Assembly: GCA_035703635.1 (NCBI GenBank)
Contig: DASSXV010000044.1
Coordinates: 1-64,000 of the forward strand
Direction: 5' to 3'
Source of the DNA: Trueperaceae bacterium
Lineage (GTDB): Bacteria > Deinococcota > Deinococci > Deinococcales > Trueperaceae
Length of the DNA stretch: 64,000 nt
Positions 59,346 through 64,000 of the stretch are shown in pieces; the stretch's first letter is position 1; each line of letters starts with the position of its first letter. The notes beneath the pieces were generated by a model. That model was not told where the DNA came from, did not search any database, and saw nothing but the letters and a program-made list of their open reading frames with translations. The position numbers and the translations under genes are program-made.

Positions 59346-60341
59346 TCAGAACTCGTCAGGGAAGCGCATTTCCTCGCGCGACTTGGGTGGAGGCTGCTTG
59401 GGCGGTTGACGAGTAGCCCCGTTCCTCGCCCCTCCACTACTCCCCACCTCGGCTTCGGCCGCTGAGCCGGGCGGTTGGCGCCGCAACCAGCGCTCCCCCA
59501 TCGCACTCGTCACGGCCGCGTCAGACGCCTCCGCGGCAGCGTGGCTGCGCTGCATGCGCGACACGCGGTACTCCTCGACTTGCCGCTTCAGGCTGTCCGC
59601 CCGCTCCAGCGCGGCGCGCGCCAACTCCTTGCGCTTCTCGCGGCGCCTGGCGGCAAGGAACGCCTGGCGTTCGCCTACCTTGCGCGCTTGCGATGCGAGG
59701 CGCGCGACGCGCTCCGTCCGGCTCTTCAACGCCTTGACGCGGTAACTCTGCTCCCACGGCTCCCACTCGAGGGGCGCGACTAGGCGGAACGTCTTGCCCT
59801 TCAGGCGGTTGCTGTAAAGGTAAAGCTCTAGCACACCTGCCTCGCCTGCCAGGTCGCCGAGCTCCGCCGTAACGTCGACGGCCCCGTTCGGTGGCACGAC
59901 GGCGCCAGCCTCCGCCACGATCGGCAACTTGCCGCCGCGCGCGTGCACCGCCAGCTCGATGAGCTGCACCGGGTAAGGGTTCAAGTTCGAAAGGGCGAGC
60001 TTGAGGTGGTGAGGAACCCGCGGCGGCGTTACCGTTGTGGTGGCGCCAAGGGCGCCGGGAAAGGCGTAAACGCGGTCAACGCTCTCTTCAGGCCCGACCC
60101 GAATCTCGCCGTGCGAGATCATCATCTCCGGCAGCCCGCCGGTGCGCCCCCTCCGCCGCCTCTTGAACAACGGGATGGCGAGGATCACGACGAGCGCGAA
60201 CGCCAGCCATGTCAACGTCGTCCACTGCCGCGGGTCGAGAACGAGACCTTGCAAGCCGCCAAGTACGCCAGTCAGCCACACCGCGAAGGCGGCGAATGTA
60301 TCGGCCACGGCGTTCCAAGCTATCTCCAAAAAGCGCAACAT
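59346..60341 (-). CDS. Hypothetical membrane-anchored protein (TM, beta-rich domain, basic coiled coil)
   Basis: ATG 60341 after AGGTGG; TM followed by KRRRR; TAGACT -10 upstream. Confidence 0.7.
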   Translation of the reverse strand: MLRFLEIAWNAVADTFAAFAVWLTGVLGGLQGLVLDPRQWTTLTWLAFALVVILAIPLFKRRRRGRTGGLPEMMISHGEIRVGPEESVDRVYAFPGALGATTTVTPPRVPHHLKLALSNLNPYPVQLIELAVHARGGKLPIVAEAGAVVPPNGAVDVTAELGDLAGEAGVLELYLYSNRLKGKTFRLVAPLEWEPWEQSYRVKALKSRTERVARLASQARKVGERQAFLAARRREKRKELARAALERADSLKRQVEEYRVSRMQRSHAAAEASDAAVTSAMGERWLRRQPPGSAAEAEVGSSGGARNGATRQPPKQPPPKSREEMRFPDEF

Positions 60342-60446
60342 CCACCTACATTCTGACCCTAGTCTTCTAAACTTGGAGTCTAGCGGCGAACATCGTGAGA
60401 ACCTTGCGCGGCCCGCCACCCGCGCTCGCGGCGGTAGCATCTCACC

Positions 60447-61166
60447 GTGGGCCCGCAGCAGGTAAGCACTATCGTCACGGCGGACGGTTCCCGCACTCTC
60501 GTGAACGCGCGCGGCGAGGGCTACAAGTCGCGCCACGGCGCCCTTGCGGAAGCGCGCGCCGTCTACCTCGAGGGGAGCGGCGCCGCCGCGCGCCTAGCCG
60601 TCGGGCGGCCGCTGAGCGTGCTGGAGGTCGGTTTCGGGGCGGGCCTCAACTTTCTCGCCACCGCCGCCGCGGCCGAGGCCGGCACCGCCGCGCTCGATTA
60701 CCGTGCGCTCGAGCTGGCTCCTCCCCAGGCCGAGACCCTCGCCGCGCTGGGTTATGCGGAGCTGCTCGCCCCCTCGCCAGTGCCTGCCGCGCTCGTAGCT
60801 TGGCGCGCGAGTTTCGGCGAGACCATGGCGAGTGGGTGGCACGAGTTCGCGCACGGCAAGGTGACCCTGAAGCTGTTCGTCGGCGACGCCCTCGGCACTA
60901 CTTGGGGCGAGGATGACACTTGGCGCGTAGACGCCGTCTACCACGATGCCTTCAGCCCAGCCGAGCTGCCAGAACTGTGGACCGAGGCGTTCCTATCGCG
61001 CTTAGCCGCTCGCCTTACGCCGGGCGGCGCCATCGTGAGCTTCAGCGTGGCGGGACCCGTCAGGCGCGCACTAGCGGCAGTCGGCTTGAAGGTCAAGAAA
61101 GTAGCGGGGCCGCCAGGAGGCAAGCGTGAAGTGCTAGTAGCCAGCATGCCCGTCCCCACCCCATGA
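60447..61166 (+). CDS. mnmD: tRNA mnm5s2U34 methyltransferase (MnmD, stand-alone)
   Basis: T.DGS.TL...GE.Y.S.HGA..E...VY, LEVGFG.GLN, DAFSP...PELW, GPPGGKRE. Confidence 0.88.
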   Translation: MGPQQVSTIVTADGSRTLVNARGEGYKSRHGALAEARAVYLEGSGAAARLAVGRPLSVLEVGFGAGLNFLATAAAAEAGTAALDYRALELAPPQAETLAALGYAELLAPSPVPAALVAWRASFGETMASGWHEFAHGKVTLKLFVGDALGTTWGEDDTWRVDAVYHDAFSPAELPELWTEAFLSRLAARLTPGGAIVSFSVAGPVRRALAAVGLKVKKVAGPPGGKREVLVASMPVPTP

Positions 61167-62191
61167 CCGCCGCGACAACGGCACTCCACGACGTGATCGT
61201 GGTCGGCGGCGGCGTCGCGGGAGCCACCCTCAACCTCATGACCGCCCGCGCCGGCCTCGATACGCTGCTCCTCGACGAGGGCTTGACCCATGCCAGCGGC
61301 GCGTCCAGCGTTCCTGCCGCGCTTCTCAACGCGCACCGTGGCCGTAGCGGGCGCGCCTCCGCCGCGGACCTAGCCGGCCTTGCCGACTTCTGGGACCTCA
61401 CCAGGGGCTTGGAGGCGCTGGGCTTCGCCACCGGAGCGTTCACGAGCGGCGTGATCCGCATCGCGGACAACCCCAAGCAAGCGCGGGCCTGGCAACGCGT
61501 TGCCGCAGGGACCTGGCTCGAACCTAACGACGTGCCTGCCGCCTACCACGCACCGTTCGGGGCGCTACTGCTGGCCACGGGAGGTTGGGTGGCGCCAAGC
61601 AAGTTGCTAGCTGCCCTCGAGGCCGCAGCTAAGGGCTACGGAGGTGCAACGCGGCGAGGCGTGCGTGTCGACTCTCTCGTCGAGGAAGCCAGCTTCGTGA
61701 CCGTGGCTACGAGCGCGGGCCAACTGCGTGCGCGGCGCGTAGTCCTCTGCCTCGGTGCGGCGCGACCGCCGCACATCAGGCTGCCGCAACTCGAGACCAT
61801 CTGGGGCGAGGCGCTCGTGCTGACAGGCGCCGTGACCGCGCCCTACCCCGTAGCCGGGGCTGTCGTGGCCGCCTTCGAACATGGCACCGTCTACGTGAGT
61901 GGCGGCCACTCGAGCAGCGAGCCGCCAGAGCGCCAGGGCGCCGCCGCGCTGGGCGGCAACCGTCACCCCCTCCAACGCGCGTTGGCCTGGCAGGTGCCGG
62001 CGGTTGACGACGCCACCGCCTTCCGTCACTGGCAGGGCGCGCGGGCGAAGCGCCGGTCAGGTGAACCTGTCGCTCGGCGGCTTACGAAAGGGACTTACTA
62101 CTTCGGGGCGTTAGGCGGCAGGGGTTTCCTGCGCGCAGCAACCCTTGCCACGGCGTTGGCTGCCCGCCTGCACGAAGAGTTGACGCGCTGA
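61163..62191 (+). CDS. FAD-dependent oxidoreductase (DAO family, probable MnmC oxidase half)
   Basis: VIVVGGGVAG, ASGAS, GGWV.P, GALGGRG; ATGA coupling with mnmD. Confidence 0.75.
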   Translation: MTAATTALHDVIVVGGGVAGATLNLMTARAGLDTLLLDEGLTHASGASSVPAALLNAHRGRSGRASAADLAGLADFWDLTRGLEALGFATGAFTSGVIRIADNPKQARAWQRVAAGTWLEPNDVPAAYHAPFGALLLATGGWVAPSKLLAALEAAAKGYGGATRRGVRVDSLVEEASFVTVATSAGQLRARRVVLCLGAARPPHIRLPQLETIWGEALVLTGAVTAPYPVAGAVVAAFEHGTVYVSGGHSSSEPPERQGAAALGGNRHPLQRALAWQVPAVDDATAFRHWQGARAKRRSGEPVARRLTKGTYYFGALGGRGFLRAATLATALAARLHEELTR

Positions 62192-62192
62192 C

Positions 62193-62582
62193 TCAGGCGA
62201 CAGCGACTTCGAACAGTTCGTCCGCGAGGCGGAAGAGCATCTCCTTCGTGAAGCGCCGCGGTCCCTCGGCCAAGCCACTGCCGTCTTTGGCGAGCGTTAG
62301 CTTGCGGTAGACGTGCGACTCGAACGGGTGCAGCACGACTTCCTTGAAGACGGACGCGCGCTGGCTGGCGGTAACGACGAGCACGGGATCGTCCGCCTGG
62401 CTCGAGAGGCTGGCCGTCATGACTGTGGTTGGCAGGTCGTACGGGCGCGCCATGCGGTAGATGTAGTCGGTGAAGTCGGCCTGCTTCACGAACCTGACGC
62501 CCTCATTCTGGGCGGCGTACTCTCGCAACCACTCGAGAAGTTCGGCCCACGCCTGGTAGAACGCCTTGTCGCTCTCGGTCAT
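62193..62582 (-). CDS. nqo15: NADH-quinone oxidoreductase subunit 15 (frataxin-like fold)
   Basis: Y.AW.ELL.W.REYA...GVRF.K.ADF.D.IYRM.RPYDLPTT.MTASLS matches Thermus Nqo15 as I recall it; 129 aa. Confidence 0.88.
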   Translation of the reverse strand: MTESDKAFYQAWAELLEWLREYAAQNEGVRFVKQADFTDYIYRMARPYDLPTTVMTASLSSQADDPVLVVTASQRASVFKEVVLHPFESHVYRKLTLAKDGSGLAEGPRRFTKEMLFRLADELFEVAVA

Positions 62583-63256
62583 GAGGACATTGTACTCGGC
62601 TGCGCTAGCAGGCGGCCGACCTCGGCGAGGTCACGCGCTTGCGATGCGCCCCGTGGCAATGGGCCGTCTAGCCTGCCGACGTGAATGGCGCCCAAGCCGT
62701 ACTCGAGCGCGCCCGCCATGTCCGCGTCTAGGTCGTCACCCACCATGACGACGTCCTCCGGCACGACCTCGAGCGCAGTGCATGCTAGGGAGAACATGCG
62801 CGGCGCCGGCTTGCGCGCCGCAACGTCGCGGTCGCCAGACACTAGTACAGCCCGGAAGTGGCCCGCTAGACCAAGCGCTTCGAGAGCGGCCCGTTGCATG
62901 TCGTCTGGACCGTTGGTCAGAAGCGCGAGCTTCACCCCACTGGCGTCGAGTCGTGCCAGCAGCTCGGCCGCGCCAGGCAGCGGCCGGTAATCGGCCGCGT
63001 ACGCCGCCACGGCGCCGCTAGCGAGGTCGGCTAGGTCGCTCGGAGGGCGTTGCTGCAGGCGCTCGAGCACGCGCCGCAGCACGAGTTCGAACGTCAGGTG
63101 GCCATCTTGTTCCAACTCGGTCGACACGAGCCGCGTGAAAGCGTTCATGTCGCACTGATGGAGGCCAAGCTCGTTGCGCACTAGCGCTACGAAGGCGGAG
63201 AAGTCGGAGGCGTAGCGCCCCAACGTGTCGTCAAGGTCGAAACAGACCGCTTTCAT
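62579..63256 (-). CDS. HAD-superfamily hydrolase
   Basis: FDLDDTL, LLTNG, KP.P, VGDD...D..GA. Confidence 0.92.
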   Translation of the reverse strand: MKAVCFDLDDTLGRYASDFSAFVALVRNELGLHQCDMNAFTRLVSTELEQDGHLTFELVLRRVLERLQQRPPSDLADLASGAVAAYAADYRPLPGAAELLARLDASGVKLALLTNGPDDMQRAALEALGLAGHFRAVLVSGDRDVAARKPAPRMFSLACTALEVVPEDVVMVGDDLDADMAGALEYGLGAIHVGRLDGPLPRGASQARDLAEVGRLLAQPSTMSS

Positions 63257-63379
63257 GGTTCTTTCAGCCTACACCCAGACCGGCGCGCCGCGGCGCCTAG
63301 TGCGGCGGTATTGCCCATCCTGACGCAACGTCTCTCCCCGAGAGGACCGCCGTGCGAGCCTAGGTTATGCTCCGAACTC

Positions 63380-64000
63380 GTGTTGGAAGCCGACCTGCTA
63401 GCCCCCCTCAACGAAGAGCAACGGAGCGCCGTCGTGCACCTAGAGGGTCCCGCGCTCGTGCTGGCTGGCGCTGGTTCGGGCAAGACGCGCACTGTCGTGC
63501 ACCGCATCGCTTACCTCCTTAGTCACCACGGCGTGCTACCGCAACAGGTCCTCGCCGTCACCTTCACGAACAAGGCAGCTGGCGAGTTGAGGGAGCGCGT
63601 TCAGGAACTCATCGGCCCGCCCGGCCGCGACCTGTGGGTCAGCACCTTCCACAGCGCCTGCCTGAGGGTGCTGCGCACCTACGGGGAGCGTATCGGCCTC
63701 AAACCCGGTTTCGCCATCTACGACGACGGTGACCAGCTTGACATCCTCAAGGACATCCTCGGCACCGTGAACGGCCTGACAGAGGCCAACCCACGCGCGC
63801 TGCGCTCCGTCATCGACCGCGCCAAGTCCAACTTGTGGACGTCGGAGACTTTCGCCAGCGAGGGGCAACGCGTGTGGGGGCCGCTCGTCTCAGGCTTGCC
63901 TATCGAGTTGATCGCCGAGGTCTACCAGCGCTACCAAGCGCGCCTTGCTGCCGCGAACGCCGTCGATTTCAACGACATCCTCGGCCGCACCGTCGAGCTC
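63380..64000 (+). CDS. pcrA: UvrD/PcrA SF1 DNA helicase, N-terminal part (runs off window edge; not in ORF track)
   Basis: Manual translation from GTG 63380: LNEEQRSAV.H..GP.LVLAGAGSGKT, AVTFTNKAA.E, STFHS, DFND. Confidence 0.95.
   Translation, partial: MLEADLLAPLNEEQRSAVVHLEGPALVLAGAGSGKTRTVVHRIAYLLSHHGVLPQQVLAVTFTNKAAGELRERVQELIGPPGRDLWVSTFHSACLRVLRTYGERIGLKPGFAIYDDGDQLDILKDILGTVNGLTEANPRALRSVIDRAKSNLWTSETFASEGQRVWGPLVSGLPIELIAEVYQRYQARLAAANAVDFNDILGRTVEL

Noticed and set aside
60366-60383. Second FadR-like site CTAAACTTGGAGTCTAG
   Set aside because: Half-site spacing is 3 rather than 1 and the downstream gene has no evident fatty-acid role.
63365-63381. Possible Deinococcus RDRM/DdrO box TTATGCTCCGAACTCGT before pcrA/uvrD
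   Set aside because: Only the left half resembles the palindrome; TATGCT is adequately explained as a -10 element, and no matching site is seen at recA or uvrA.

Overview
High-GC core-chromosome segment with no tRNA/rRNA, CRISPR, transposase, integrase or phage gene that I can support. It most likely comes from a Deinococcota bacterium (possibly Trueperaceae-like; inference). Markers for this are an Nqo15 homologue, a Thermus-type IspF C-terminus, an HU with a basic N-terminal tail and frequent leaderless -10 starts. About 63 genes tile the window: partial recA, 2-oxoacid dehydrogenase E1 alpha/beta divergent from paaABCD, acyl-CoA dehydrogenase, rhomboid protease, plsY, hslO, coaD, meaB, holA, a Ser/Thr kinase, comEC/comEA, sodA, dsbA/dsbB, aroE, ltaE, trmFO, a GGDEF protein, lnt, trkAH, acs, ispF, sufCBD plus Rieske ferredoxin, a second kinase, uvrA, plsC, HU, sdaAB/AA, ndh, OSBS/NAAAR, split mnmD/mnmC, nqo15, a HAD hydrolase and partial pcrA/uvrD. 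The most unusual signal is the recA fragment at the left edge, which the ORF track misses: 90 of 95 codons end in G or T and all 9 Leu codons are TTG, unlike the C-ending usage of the other genes read. Also notable are a non-RD kinase with a degenerate P-loop inside the competence locus, candidate FadR and Rex operators, an 18-bp motif shared by two promoters, and several uncharacterised membrane proteins. All product calls come from motif recognition by eye; no database search was run. I found no clearly new multi-gene system.
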